A stretch of DNA of 64,000 bases from a bacterium (GTDB taxonomy: Bacteria; Bacillota; Clostridia; Oscillospirales; Oscillospiraceae), in assembly GCA_963661735.1 (NCBI GenBank), contig CAVLCF010000111.1:8063-72062 (forward strand), read 5' to 3'. Shown here one piece after another: positions 44,835 through 54,682 of this stretch. Each line of letters begins with the position of its first letter. Within the stretch, counting starts at the first letter, position 1. A model generated the notes under the pieces. It worked only from the letters and a program-made list of their open reading frames with translations. It had not been told where the DNA came from and ran no database searches. The translations under genes and the position numbers were made by a program.

Positions 44835-47103
44835 TTGCTCTACCGCCTTCCAGATATTCCGTTCCTTTCACAGAGGAAATAAACTGTTCGACACCATAAA
44901 TAGACGGCATCAATGGATACTGGCTCAATGCCGTCAGTACCCTTTCCCGATAAGGGCCATTCTTTGCCGCTCTGGAATCCAGGATCGCAATCACCCCTGT
45001 GTCATTCTCCGTTCGGATCAGCCGTCCGGCTCCTTGACGCAGCTTTATGATCATCTGCGGAATTGCGCACTCTTGGACAAATTCTCGGACGGTATCGTAC
45101 TGTGTTTTCTTGTACTCCATGAGCTGCGATCTGAGAGGGAAGGGAAGTCGGACAATAATCACGGAGGAAAGCACATCTCCAGCGCAATCCACACCCTCCC
45201 ACATGCTCCCGGATGCAAACAATACACTATTCTTTTCCCTTTTGAATTGCCCAATGGCAGTCTTGTCACTGCGCGTCATCTGAATCAAATGATAGTCCAG
45301 CAATCGGTTTTTTACCTTTTCATAAACCATGCGAAGCATCCGGTAGGATGTAAACAGGATTGCGGTATGTCCTCTGGTTGCGTGCACCAACTTGACGATC
45401 TCATCGCACACAGCTTGGATGTATTCGGGATCGTCCATATCCGGGAACGGGACATTTTCAGATATATAGAGCCGTGTGTGATTCTTGTAGTCAAATGGCG
45501 AACCGTTGCTATGCTCCAGCGTGGCACCTTCCGGGATGTTTCCGCTGATTCCCAGCTCATATTTGAAATAGCGGAACCCCGTATCATCTTTCATTGTCCC
45601 AGATGTGAGCACCCAATGGGTATTGGGCATGGACCACAAATTTCTGTTTAGTTCGCCACGCATCGCCGTAGGAACACCACACAAAGATAGCATTCCATTA
45701 CCTCTATCCAGCTCCATCCAGCAGAGGTAGTCCCCAGGATGCATGAACACGGAGAACTGCTCCATGACTATCTTGCATTCCCGTTTCTTTCTCGAATCCG
45801 TTTGGAACTCCTCTATTTTTCGGAGATTTTCCAAAATACCGGAAATATCTTTTATCGTCCGCTCATTCAGCTCAATGGTACACCGATCTTCACCATCATC
45901 CAAGCACAACCCAATATTCCGAAAAATATCGGCGTTCTTTTCCAATGTCTTTGTGAGCAACTGCCGATACTGTTTCCGAGCATGTTTATCCTTGCTGGCA
46001 TACTTTACGGAATCCAGCAAGTCAGGGATGGTATTCTGCATAATCTCTGCCCCATAAACGGAGTTTGCCGCTTCCAGCAGTTGATGTGCCTCATCAATAA
46101 TGTAGTAATTGCTGTCCAGCAGCACACCATGGCCGGTACTATTCTTCAGCCGCTGGGAGGTCAACAGCAGGTTATGGTTTGTAATCTGGAAGTCAAACTT
46201 CCGGGTTGCGGATGCCTGCTTTAAGAATTGGGCATACCGACACTGATTTCGATACCCACATTGTCTGCAGCTCCCGTTGGCACAGATTTTTGCCTTTACA
46301 TAGCTTGGGAGTTGTACTGTATCCAGGTCGAAGCCCCTTACAGGTAAATTCAACATATCCAGCAGGCAGAGGGTATCACTATACTGTTCGCCTGCATCCA
46401 TTAGACCATTCACATAGTCATGGTAACGCCGCAGGCAAAAGTAATGTTCTTTTCCCTTCCTCAAAATTGCCTGGAGAGGGCGGTCTAAAATACCCGCATT
46501 CTGAAGGACCTGGGACAGACGGGGAATCTCTTTTTCCATGATCTCTCGCTGAAGATCAATGCTGGACGTGGAAATCGTAATCGGGTTAGCCGCATACTGA
46601 TATGTCCCATCCATCCGGGACGCGACAAAAGCCGCCGCCAAATATGCCATTGTCTTCCCGGTACCAACTCCGGCCTCGCAAAGGGTGACTTTCTTTCCAA
46701 CAAGGCCATTGTACATCACATTGGCCATTCTCACCTGATCCTCCCGCACAGAAAATCCAATTTGCGGAAGCAGGCAGTGGAAAATCATGTCAATCCAGTT
46801 ACCTCGCTGGATTTGTTCGCCCATATTCATCCGTCTGTCACCAGTGTACTTGATGGCATAGAGGATAGCTGGAATCATCATCGGGTAGTTGTGATCATCC
46901 ATACGTTCTCTCGTCATCATCACAAAGGAGCCAAGCCCTGTTGTCTTATCCAACGCAATATAGTGATTCATCACCTGATGACGGTAGTGATAAATAATAT
47001 AGCGTCCCTCAAACGTAAAGTCATAGATCCCGCTGGGGTCTGCTTTCATCCGATCCGGCATCATCCGAAAGCTCATGAAGTCATTTTTCTGGATTTCAAA
47101 CAT
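44827..47103 (-). CDS. DinG/Rad3(XPD)-like superfamily-2 DNA helicase
   Basis: Walker A CEAGVGTGKTMAYL, DEAH box IIDEAHQL, and a Cys cluster CANGSCRQCGYRNQCRY consistent with an Fe-S domain. 758 aa. Confidence 0.8.
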   Translation of the reverse strand: MFEIQKNDFMSFRMMPDRMKADPSGIYDFTFEGRYIIYHYRHQVMNHYIALDKTTGLGSFVMMTRERMDDHNYPMMIPAILYAIKYTGDRRMNMGEQIQRGNWIDMIFHCLLPQIGFSVREDQVRMANVMYNGLVGKKVTLCEAGVGTGKTMAYLAAAFVASRMDGTYQYAANPITISTSSIDLQREIMEKEIPRLSQVLQNAGILDRPLQAILRKGKEHYFCLRRYHDYVNGLMDAGEQYSDTLCLLDMLNLPVRGFDLDTVQLPSYVKAKICANGSCRQCGYRNQCRYAQFLKQASATRKFDFQITNHNLLLTSQRLKNSTGHGVLLDSNYYIIDEAHQLLEAANSVYGAEIMQNTIPDLLDSVKYASKDKHARKQYRQLLTKTLEKNADIFRNIGLCLDDGEDRCTIELNERTIKDISGILENLRKIEEFQTDSRKKRECKIVMEQFSVFMHPGDYLCWMELDRGNGMLSLCGVPTAMRGELNRNLWSMPNTHWVLTSGTMKDDTGFRYFKYELGISGNIPEGATLEHSNGSPFDYKNHTRLYISENVPFPDMDDPEYIQAVCDEIVKLVHATRGHTAILFTSYRMLRMVYEKVKNRLLDYHLIQMTRSDKTAIGQFKREKNSVLFASGSMWEGVDCAGDVLSSVIIVRLPFPLRSQLMEYKKTQYDTVREFVQECAIPQMIIKLRQGAGRLIRTENDTGVIAILDSRAAKNGPYRERVLTALSQYPLMPSIYGVEQFISSVKGTEYLEGGRASA

Positions 47104-47182
47104 AATGGTATCCTCCTATATATCTTGTGAACCATACTGCATGATCCACTATTTTACTTGATTCCTACGACTCGCTGCTTAC

Positions 47183-47734
47183 TTAGGAATAAAACGTCCC
47201 AACAAATTTCTCAAACTGTCGCTTGTACTTCCTCGCCACCTGTTCAGAAACACCGCACCGTCTGGCCACTTCAGCAGTACAGGATGTCTTCTTTCCATCC
47301 ATATAGTAGTCCATCAGCATCGGTGCCCAATTGTGCCACTCTGCTACTGACTGCCGCAGCTGTGCGCATGTGAGGCGGCTTACCGCGGAATCTGCAATAT
47401 CTTCACTTTCAAGCCCCACATTTACTAAAATATCATCTTGCATGGTGAGCATGGACTCCACCGGGATATGCTCATACTGCTTTCTGTGTTGGAGGTTATC
47501 CCGAATCTTTCGCTGCTCCCGATCCCACTCCTGCCACGTCTCTTTTGTTGTTTCAATGAACATGCAGTCCACGCCTTTGTCATCCGGAATAACATCACGG
47601 ATAAAGTAGCGGCGCTGATCTGTGGGGAGCTTTGCGCATGCCTGGACAATCGCATGCCAGTCTTTCGCAGTCGTTTCTACCAGGCGGGTACTCCCGTCCA
47701 ACTGTTTTTCTTGAAGCAGATACGTTGTTCGCAT
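47183..47734 (-). CDS. Small sigma-70 region-4-like HTH protein (ICE regulatory protein)
   Basis: ATG 47734 follows AGGAGGG. C-terminal TSCTAEVARRCGVSEQVARKYKRQ resembles a region-4 HTH. Confidence 0.5.
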   Translation of the reverse strand: MRTTYLLQEKQLDGSTRLVETTAKDWHAIVQACAKLPTDQRRYFIRDVIPDDKGVDCMFIETTKETWQEWDREQRKIRDNLQHRKQYEHIPVESMLTMQDDILVNVGLESEDIADSAVSRLTCAQLRQSVAEWHNWAPMLMDYYMDGKKTSCTAEVARRCGVSEQVARKYKRQFEKFVGTFYS

Positions 47735-47905
47735 TCTTATATCCCTCCTGTGCAAAATAAAAAGCCGGGCGCAAAGACAGAGTATCTCTACTCTAACTTC
47801 ACGCCCGACCTATGTTGTCATACTGTACGTCAGCACAATAGACCTTACTCTGTGTCATGATACGATTCCAATATGCATTTTTCTTTGTTTACGGAGTACA
47901 AAGAT

Positions 47906-48133
47906 TTATGAGACTGTTGCCCGCCAGATATATGTGCCTGTGCCCTTAGCCGTTCTGTAATCGAGCTTTCCCTTTGCCCTGCGCAGAGAAAGATTTACAA
48001 CTGCGGTCCTACCACATTTCTGGCACTTGAGTTCGACCAAACCGCTGGCGGCGCTCATTTTATAACACAATATGCGCCCGCAGGTTTTACAGCGAACCTC
48101 CACTCGAATAGGTTGGTCTTCTTTTGAGACCAT
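47906..48133 (-). CDS. Com-like zinc-ribbon protein
   Basis: CKTCGRIL...CQKCGR pair of CxxC motifs. ATG 48133 lies 1 nt after the ImmA-like stop, following GAGAGGAG. Confidence 0.6.
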   Translation of the reverse strand: MVSKEDQPIRVEVRCKTCGRILCYKMSAASGLVELKCQKCGRTAVVNLSLRRAKGKLDYRTAKGTGTYIWRATVS

Positions 48134-48134
48134 C

Positions 48135-48842
48135 TCAACCAACTCCTCTCCTGGCTCTGGCCTCCGCAATCAGCTCATTTCGCTCCAGCAATCCAAGCTG
48201 CTCCATCCGGAAAGGTAACGCACTTCTGGATACCCCAAGCGCATCTGCCATATCGCAAAAGCACTGATATTTGTATTCTGAGTATTTCCGGCTCAAAACT
48301 TTCACCTTATCACCCAGACCATACACGAACATAGCATCTTTCACCGCGTCTTCAGGAAGCAGGAGGCACGCTGCCAATGCATCTGCCTGCCATTCTTCCC
48401 AATCCGCAATCTTTCTCTTGGGCGCATTGTTTCGTCTATAATCACAAAGCACACGCTGATTTGGTCCATAAATCTCCGGGTACAGATGATACAATATCTG
48501 GTGGGCACACTCATGTGCAATCGTGAAATTTCGACGTCCCTTTGCCTTTGGGGAATGGTTCAAACACGACTCAATCAAAACTGTCTTACCGTCCAAAATA
48601 AAAATGGATTTCTCATTGTTCTCGTCGAAAATCGGAACCATTACTTCATCCGGCGCTGTCATTCCTAAAATCGAATGATCAGAAGACAACTGGCGAAAGT
48701 AAACAGACAGCCCAAGCATTTCGGCTAACTCCATAGGATCAACACAATAGCAAAGCCTTTTGGGGGGAATGTAGCGCAGTTTGTACTGGTCTATGATCCG
48801 ATTTGCAATAGCTTCAATATCTATTTTTGATAGATACGGCAT
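48135..48842 (-). CDS. ImmA/IrrE-family metallopeptidase with a C-terminal HTH-like segment
   Basis: HEXXH in FTIAHECAHQILYH. C-terminal DMADALGVSRSALPFRMEQLGLL. ATG 48842 follows GGGAGAG. Confidence 0.72.
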   Translation of the reverse strand: MPYLSKIDIEAIANRIIDQYKLRYIPPKRLCYCVDPMELAEMLGLSVYFRQLSSDHSILGMTAPDEVMVPIFDENNEKSIFILDGKTVLIESCLNHSPKAKGRRNFTIAHECAHQILYHLYPEIYGPNQRVLCDYRRNNAPKRKIADWEEWQADALAACLLLPEDAVKDAMFVYGLGDKVKVLSRKYSEYKYQCFCDMADALGVSRSALPFRMEQLGLLERNELIAEARARRGVG

Positions 48843-48995
48843 AGCTTTCTCTCCCATTACGCAGTACTGATCTATGGTTTCGCTACACATTGGGTAGCTG
48901 TTTCTCTGTTCGTGTTTCTATTATAGAACGTATGTTCATGTTTGTCAAGAACTTTTTATGTCAACACTGCATTTTATGTTTTCTCGCTTTCGCCA

Positions 48996-50954
48996 CTACC
49001 TTCCATCTGAGATGTTGAATCTTTTTTTGAACCTTTCTCTTGCTTGTCTCCTGGCCTGCAAATTATCTGGACGATAGCGATCCGGGGGAGGCATTACACC
49101 ACCTGCTCTACAGAACCCGTCCATCTTTCTGCCTACCTGGGATTTCTCTTGGACGGTCTGGTGCAGACGTGCTTTTGCACTGGCTGGGGGAATATCATAC
49201 GGCACAACTTCTTCCGAGATCGACTCAAAAACCGCAACTCTCTGTGGGTATTTTTGATCCAGCGCCCGGAGTACTGTATCTTTTCCCGCATAGTGAACGG
49301 GGCGTGCGGCTTTATCTTCCAGCTCGCATTTTCCCATATTGAACTCTATTCCCCATTTTGTAAACAGCTTTAGCCTGGAAATAAATGGATGTGCTCCTGT
49401 TTTCATCACAATGAATGAGCCTGGACGCATCGACTTCAGCTCATCCGCACTCATCAAAGGTCGCTCTGTCATCTGCAAACTTTCCGATGCGTTCTCATGG
49501 CCCCGGCTTACAGAGCCGGTCATAACCGTTCGTGAGCCAAGTGCTTTGGAGATAATATCTGCTGTTTCGCTGGTTGGCGCAAATCCTCCAGCGATGGTAA
49601 GCTGGCAGTTGTCCTGAATAATTGCCGCTCCCTCTTTTCCGTAGTTCTTTTCAAGCTGCTGGTAACTCTGAATGATACTGACGATGCTCAGCTTTCTGGA
49701 ACGAGACGCGCTATACATCACCTCCGCAGAGCTGATTGGCGGCAGGGAGCCAAACTCATCGCAGTAAAACATAACACGGTTATCCAGCGCCCCGCCTTTT
49801 TCATCCGCAACAGTCAGAATCTCTCGGTACAGCTGCTGGATCAGCAGTGACACCATAAAGTAAGTATTCGGATTTTCCTCCGGTAAAACGACAAACACGG
49901 CACATTTCTCATTGCAGAATTTCTCCGCGTCTATCGCAGTATCAAAGCAAAGGATTTGTTCCAGTTCCGAATCCAGGAAAGCATTGAGCCGAGACATTGC
50001 CGTGGACATAACGGATTGCATGGCCTGTTCAGAGGTATTCAGCGCCGCACCCGCAAACCATCTGGCCTTATGCTCCGCTGGCAGGCGCTCCATCAGCAGT
50101 TGAAACTGATTCTTGTCTTTTACCTCAGACGGCCCAAGCAGGTCTTGAATCAGCTTGAATACAGAGACGATGTGACGCTGCTCCGGGTCCGCAAACTCAG
50201 CAATCAGAAGAATTGTCGAGGTCATCAAGCCCTCAGCGGCATCATAGAAGAATGCGTTTTGTCCATAAGAAGACGCATCTCCATCGCTGTAAATAAGTGT
50301 TTTAGCAACGATCTTGGCATACTTTTCTGCCTTAGCTTTATACGACAGTTTGGGATCTTGCTTGTATAGGTCCGTGTATTTGTTCACCAGATGCAGTAGA
50401 TTAAAGCTATCCGACCTTGTAGGGTTTCGCAAATCAATGACGGATGTCGAATACCCATAGGCTTTGCAGATGTTCATGTAATTGCGGTAGAGATCACCTT
50501 TGGTATCGGTAGTGAGAAAAGACATGCCCGCAGCGCAGGCATATTCCAGATTGGGGTACAGCCAAAATGCGGTTTTGCCACAGCCAGCCGCGCCGATCAT
50601 CATGGTGTGGACATCTCCTGTATCTACCAGAGCATACGTTGTTTTCTGAATGGAAACAGGAAAAGCACGACCACCATTTGAATTCAACCGCAGGCTATAT
50701 TTTGTTTGACAACCAACGACCACCCCCTGCGGTAACTTTAGCTGTGTACACTGGTTCCCCAAGCTGCGCCATCGCTGAGGTGTAAACGGAATTTTGCGAA
50801 ATGTTCGAGTCAGTTCCTGTGCCGTAGCAAAACGGGCCGCGCCATGCTGACCATCACCCACAGTTTTCGATTTGATACCATTTAGATTGTACATATGCGA
50901 TGCCGCGGAAATGAGTGCCAGGATTCCCAGCATACTTCCGCAGACAAGAATCAA
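48996..50954 (-). CDS. Type IV secretion coupling protein (VirD4/TraG family)
   Basis: N-terminal TM segment, Walker A MIGAAGCGKTA, and Walker B-like FYCDEFGSL. 652 aa. Confidence 0.85.
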   Translation of the reverse strand: MILVCGSMLGILALISAASHMYNLNGIKSKTVGDGQHGAARFATAQELTRTFRKIPFTPQRWRSLGNQCTQLKLPQGVVVGCQTKYSLRLNSNGGRAFPVSIQKTTYALVDTGDVHTMMIGAAGCGKTAFWLYPNLEYACAAGMSFLTTDTKGDLYRNYMNICKAYGYSTSVIDLRNPTRSDSFNLLHLVNKYTDLYKQDPKLSYKAKAEKYAKIVAKTLIYSDGDASSYGQNAFFYDAAEGLMTSTILLIAEFADPEQRHIVSVFKLIQDLLGPSEVKDKNQFQLLMERLPAEHKARWFAGAALNTSEQAMQSVMSTAMSRLNAFLDSELEQILCFDTAIDAEKFCNEKCAVFVVLPEENPNTYFMVSLLIQQLYREILTVADEKGGALDNRVMFYCDEFGSLPPISSAEVMYSASRSRKLSIVSIIQSYQQLEKNYGKEGAAIIQDNCQLTIAGGFAPTSETADIISKALGSRTVMTGSVSRGHENASESLQMTERPLMSADELKSMRPGSFIVMKTGAHPFISRLKLFTKWGIEFNMGKCELEDKAARPVHYAGKDTVLRALDQKYPQRVAVFESISEEVVPYDIPPASAKARLHQTVQEKSQVGRKMDGFCRAGGVMPPPDRYRPDNLQARRQARERFKKRFNISDGR

Positions 50955-51071
50955 AATTGTTTTTCCTTCCAGATGATACCCTCCTTTTCAGTTCAGAAGT
51001 ATAATTACAAATTCTGAACAATGGCTTCACATTACTACCCCAGCTACTCCCACATGTCAAGCGTCTAAACT

Positions 51072-51174
51072 TGAAATTACTTCTTGCTTTTTGCGGGTGA
51101 AATTTCAGAAAACCCGTTTTATTGAAATTTCATTCTTATAGGGACTTCAAGATGTGTCGTTTCACTGAAATTAC
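51072..51174. repeat. Four copies of TGAAATT(A/T)C in the region upstream of the coupling-protein gene
   Basis: Copies at 51072-51080, 51098-51106, 51123-51131 and 51166-51174. Confidence 0.6.
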
Positions 51175-51443
51175 CTTACAGGAAACCTTTACTCTGATTT
51201 CATTTTTTTACAGTTCGAGTTTTTCTTTTAATCATTATTCTTCAACACCCCCTAGTTTATCTTTCACTGCAAATGTTCATAATATGAAAACAGCAGTGAG
51301 TTTTATACACTTTGCCCGCACAAATTAGTAGTTCAAATTCTCATTATGGAATATTAAATTCCTTTTTCCTATTTAATCATTGACTATTTGCGTTATTCAT
51401 GTTACACTGCCTATAGAGTTTTCTGTGACGAGGAGGTCATTGT

Positions 51444-52859
51444 ATGGGTCAAACTACAGTAAGAGTCGAGAGTATCGAAATTGGCAATTTCAAAAATGTG
51501 AGCTTTGGCAAACTAGTACTTGAAAACACCAAGCCGGAATACAGGGCAAGCATTCTCGGTCTATACGGTCAAAACGGTTCTGGTAAGACCGCCTTGATCG
51601 ATGCCTTGGAATTGTTGAAGCTCGTACTGTCCGGAAAGAGTATCCCAAGTTTTTTTGCCGACTATATCAATGTAGATAGTGCATTCGCTACGCTTAAATA
51701 CGGATTCAAGGTTGAAGATAGTAGTAAAAAGAATATATACCATGTATTTTACGAAGTGTGCCTGCGTAAAGACATTAATGATAGCGAGTATAACACGAAA
51801 GAGATTGTGGCCAATCCCGCTCATAAAGTCACACTTTTTGATGAAGTATTATCCTATTCCTGCGAATCTAACGGCAAAAAAAGTCGCCTCTCTCCAATAA
51901 TCGATACGCGACCCACGTCAGAGCTCCCATTTATCCCGAAGGTCAAATACAATAAGCTTATTGGTCGAGAGAAAGAGGCTGCAACCAATCTTACTGTCGC
52001 TAAGCAACTTGCCTGTGAAACTTCACGCTCTTTTATCTTTTCCAAATCACTCCTTAACCAAATTCGTAAAAACTGCACAGATGTTAGCTGCCAATTCCTG
52101 ATAGAGAGTCTCATTTTCTTTGGGAATTATAGATTGTTTGTGATTAACACGACCAACACTGGGCTTATCAGCATGAACATTTTGCCGCTTGCTTTTAACT
52201 ACGCTGAGCATGGCACAGCTTCTGTTGGCAATCTTATGCTCAAACTTGACGAACCATCTTCAATCCCAGAGGGGGCACTCTCGCTTGTTCATAAAGTTGT
52301 CAACAGCATGAATATCGTTTTGAATCAGCTTATCCCTGGCTTAACAATCGATGTAAAAACTGTTGGGCAACAATTACAGTCTAATGGTGCCCGCGAATAT
52401 CTTGTTCAGCTTATTTCAAGGAAGAACAGCAAAGAGATTCCGTTGCGATACGAGTCCGAGGGTATAAAGAAGCTTGTATCTGTCTTACAGCTATTGATTG
52501 TTGCCTATAACGAACCTTGCATGACTGTTGCCATTGATGAGTTGGACTCCGGTATTTTTGAATACTTGCTTGGAGAAATTCTTCGCATTCTCTCTGAAAA
52601 AGGAAAGGGACAGCTGATTTTTACCTCTCATAATCTGCGCCCATTGGAAACTATTGATAAGAGCTTTATAGCTTTCACCACAACAAATCCGCATAACCGA
52701 TATATTCGCTTGTGTAATGTAAAGGCTACCAACAATCTCCGAGACTTTTACTATCGCGATATCGTCCTTGGCTCCCAAAGCGAGTCTGTCTATGAACCAA
52801 CAAACAATAGTGAAATTGCAATGGCCTTTAGAGAGGCGGGGATTCGAGATGACACGTAA
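51444..52859 (+). CDS. ABC/AAA_21-type ATPase (AbiLi / RloA / AriA-like), candidate defence ATPase
   Basis: Promoter TTGACT-17-TACACT (51380-51408), RBS GAGGAGG. Walker A GQNGSGKT, signature-like ESEGIKKL, Walker B VAIDELDSG, H-loop FTSHN. Confidence 0.75.
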   Translation: MGQTTVRVESIEIGNFKNVSFGKLVLENTKPEYRASILGLYGQNGSGKTALIDALELLKLVLSGKSIPSFFADYINVDSAFATLKYGFKVEDSSKKNIYHVFYEVCLRKDINDSEYNTKEIVANPAHKVTLFDEVLSYSCESNGKKSRLSPIIDTRPTSELPFIPKVKYNKLIGREKEAATNLTVAKQLACETSRSFIFSKSLLNQIRKNCTDVSCQFLIESLIFFGNYRLFVINTTNTGLISMNILPLAFNYAEHGTASVGNLMLKLDEPSSIPEGALSLVHKVVNSMNIVLNQLIPGLTIDVKTVGQQLQSNGAREYLVQLISRKNSKEIPLRYESEGIKKLVSVLQLLIVAYNEPCMTVAIDELDSGIFEYLLGEILRILSEKGKGQLIFTSHNLRPLETIDKSFIAFTTTNPHNRYIRLCNVKATNNLRDFYYRDIVLGSQSESVYEPTNNSEIAMAFREAGIRDDT

Positions 52860-53559
52860 AAAAATTGTCTTTGTTATAGTGGAAGGTCCCTCAGATGATG
52901 ACGCTCTTGGCGTAGTATTTTCAAAATTCTACAACAAAGATGAAGTTCATGTTGAGGTCATGCACTGCGATATTACAACAGATTTTGGGCGCACTCCAAT
53001 CGTTTCAAAAATTGGGAATGTGGTAAAAAGCTATGCGGGTCACACTTTTAAGCAAAGTGATTTCCGTCAGATTATCCACATCGTAGATATGGACGGAGCC
53101 TATATTCCAGACGAGAACATTGTTGAAGACCCAGATGCTACAAAACCGTACTATTCAACCACTGATATACGCACATGTAATAAAGTCGGAATTGAAAATC
53201 GTAATAGGCAAAAGCGTGATAACTTAAATCGTCTAACATCTATTTCTCAGGTATGGAAAATCCCTTATTCTGTTTTCTATATGTCTTCCAACCTAGACCA
53301 CGCACTTTATGGAAAGCTCAACAGCACGGATGACGAGAAAGAACACGACGCATTTTATTTTTCAATGAAATATAAAAATAACCTTCCGTTATTCATCCAA
53401 TTCATCTCCGAGTCCGAATTTTCCGTATGTAATGACTACAAGGAGTCATGGCGTTTTATAAAAGGGGCCTTACACTCTTTAGAGCGCCATACAAACTTGG
53501 GCCTATGTTTTACTACGGCTGAGCCTCACAGCGATAATTTTTCTACACCTAATGCATAA
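52849..53559 (+). CDS. RloB/TOPRIM-like protein, partner of the upstream ATPase
   Basis: ATG 52849 overlaps the ATPase stop by 11 nt. IVFVIVEGPSDDDAL (TOPRIM Glu) and IVDMDGAY (DxD). Confidence 0.6.
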   Translation: MTRKKIVFVIVEGPSDDDALGVVFSKFYNKDEVHVEVMHCDITTDFGRTPIVSKIGNVVKSYAGHTFKQSDFRQIIHIVDMDGAYIPDENIVEDPDATKPYYSTTDIRTCNKVGIENRNRQKRDNLNRLTSISQVWKIPYSVFYMSSNLDHALYGKLNSTDDEKEHDAFYFSMKYKNNLPLFIQFISESEFSVCNDYKESWRFIKGALHSLERHTNLGLCFTTAEPHSDNFSTPNA

Positions 53560-53771
53560 TTTTCAATCATATAGGACTACAGCAATCCCATAGGTAAACT
53601 TACCAAACTTCAAGAGCAGTTTAATTCTACTGAAAAAACCACATCACCAATTCTTTCTGAACTGGTCGATGTGGTTTTTCTCATAGATGCGTTTTCCAAC
53701 ACCCAAGCTTGGTTATTGTGAACTTACTTAGCCAAATTAGTCAACATACGTGTGAATGGACACAAACAAAA

Positions 53772-54098
53772 TTACTGCTCAATGAGTTTCCGGACGGCAT
53801 CTCTTCCCGAATCAGGTAATTCCAAGAACTGCATTGCCTCCTCCACAGAGAGGGACATCTTGGCCATAACATTACGGACTGCTCTTGCGCTCGATTCGAT
53901 GTTTCCTTCTGCACGGCCTTCTGCGCGGCCTTCTGCGCGGCCTTCTGCACGACCTTCATCCCGTTCAGCCATTACTAATTTCTCAACTTCTCTGCACATG
54001 GTGGTTACTCCTTTCACATTTTCTTTGAAATACCTTACGCGCTCGGCAAGAACTGGGTAGTGCATATCATTTGCTTTGGTACAGGAAAAATCATGCAT
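53772..54098 (-). CDS. Small conserved helical protein with an (EGRA)4 tandem repeat
   Basis: RVRYFKENVKGVTTMC block, then EGRAEGRAEGRAEGRAEG, then a helical tail. Resembles C-terminal tails of Rpn/YhgA-type proteins. Alternative start at 54065. Confidence 0.45.
   Translation of the reverse strand: MHDFSCTKANDMHYPVLAERVRYFKENVKGVTTMCREVEKLVMAERDEGRAEGRAEGRAEGRAEGNIESSARAVRNVMAKMSLSVEEAMQFLELPDSGRDAVRKLIEQ
53905..53957. repeat. 12-bp in-frame tandem repeat, 4.4 copies
   Basis: CCTTCTGCRCGR units at 53905, 53917, 53929 and 53941, plus a partial copy. Confidence 0.9.
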
Positions 54099-54151
54099 CA
54101 GCTTACCCAGAGGCGTATCGTTTTTGTGCTGTGCATTGACATATATGAGCT

Positions 54152-54670
54152 TTACTTTAGTAAGTCAAACAGACTGTATTCTCCTTTGGGAATATTGGCT
54201 GTCCTATGGTATTCTCTTATCGCCCTTACCAAAGTCTGCGGATTTTCGAAATATCCTTTCACGAAATCATATGTTTTTACATTGTGCATATGAAGATCCA
54301 CTTTACAAAATTCACTTGGCTTCTTTCCAGAACGTTTAAAGTGATCGTAAGCTCCCTCGCTGTGGATAATTAACATCTCTATTTCCGGAGCGGTTATAAC
54401 ATTGATAACATCTATTTTATGTTGATATGCTTTACTAAGACGGAAATCCTCTCGCCTGGAATCCAGAATTCGCACAACAGAAATCTGGTCTGAAAAGCTC
54501 TTACGTAAGTACCGCTCCTCAAACTTTTTTGCATCTCTGCAACGAATAACCTCGCCGTCCAGCATTTCTTCTCTGGTGAAAATCAAGAGCTCGTTGTCAA
54601 CTAATATGTCAATGATTGCCGTCTCTGCTGATCCTTCGCAAATACACGCTTTATATTTTGCCAATTTCAT
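54152..54670 (-). CDS. Small protein with an N-terminal TOPRIM/DUF4276-like CEGxxE motif, partner of the upstream ATPase
   Basis: KACICEGSAETAIIDILV N-terminus. 172 aa. Lies 12 nt downstream of the ATPase gene. Confidence 0.45.
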   Translation of the reverse strand: MKLAKYKACICEGSAETAIIDILVDNELLIFTREEMLDGEVIRCRDAKKFEERYLRKSFSDQISVVRILDSRREDFRLSKAYQHKIDVINVITAPEIEMLIIHSEGAYDHFKRSGKKPSEFCKVDLHMHNVKTYDFVKGYFENPQTLVRAIREYHRTANIPKGEYSLFDLLK

Positions 54671-54682
54671 TCAGCCGCCTCC

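Noticed and set aside
53905-53957. Tandem repeat considered as a possible CRISPR or mini-array.
   Set aside because: The unit is only 12 bp with no spacers, and it is in frame within an ORF encoding EGRA repeats.
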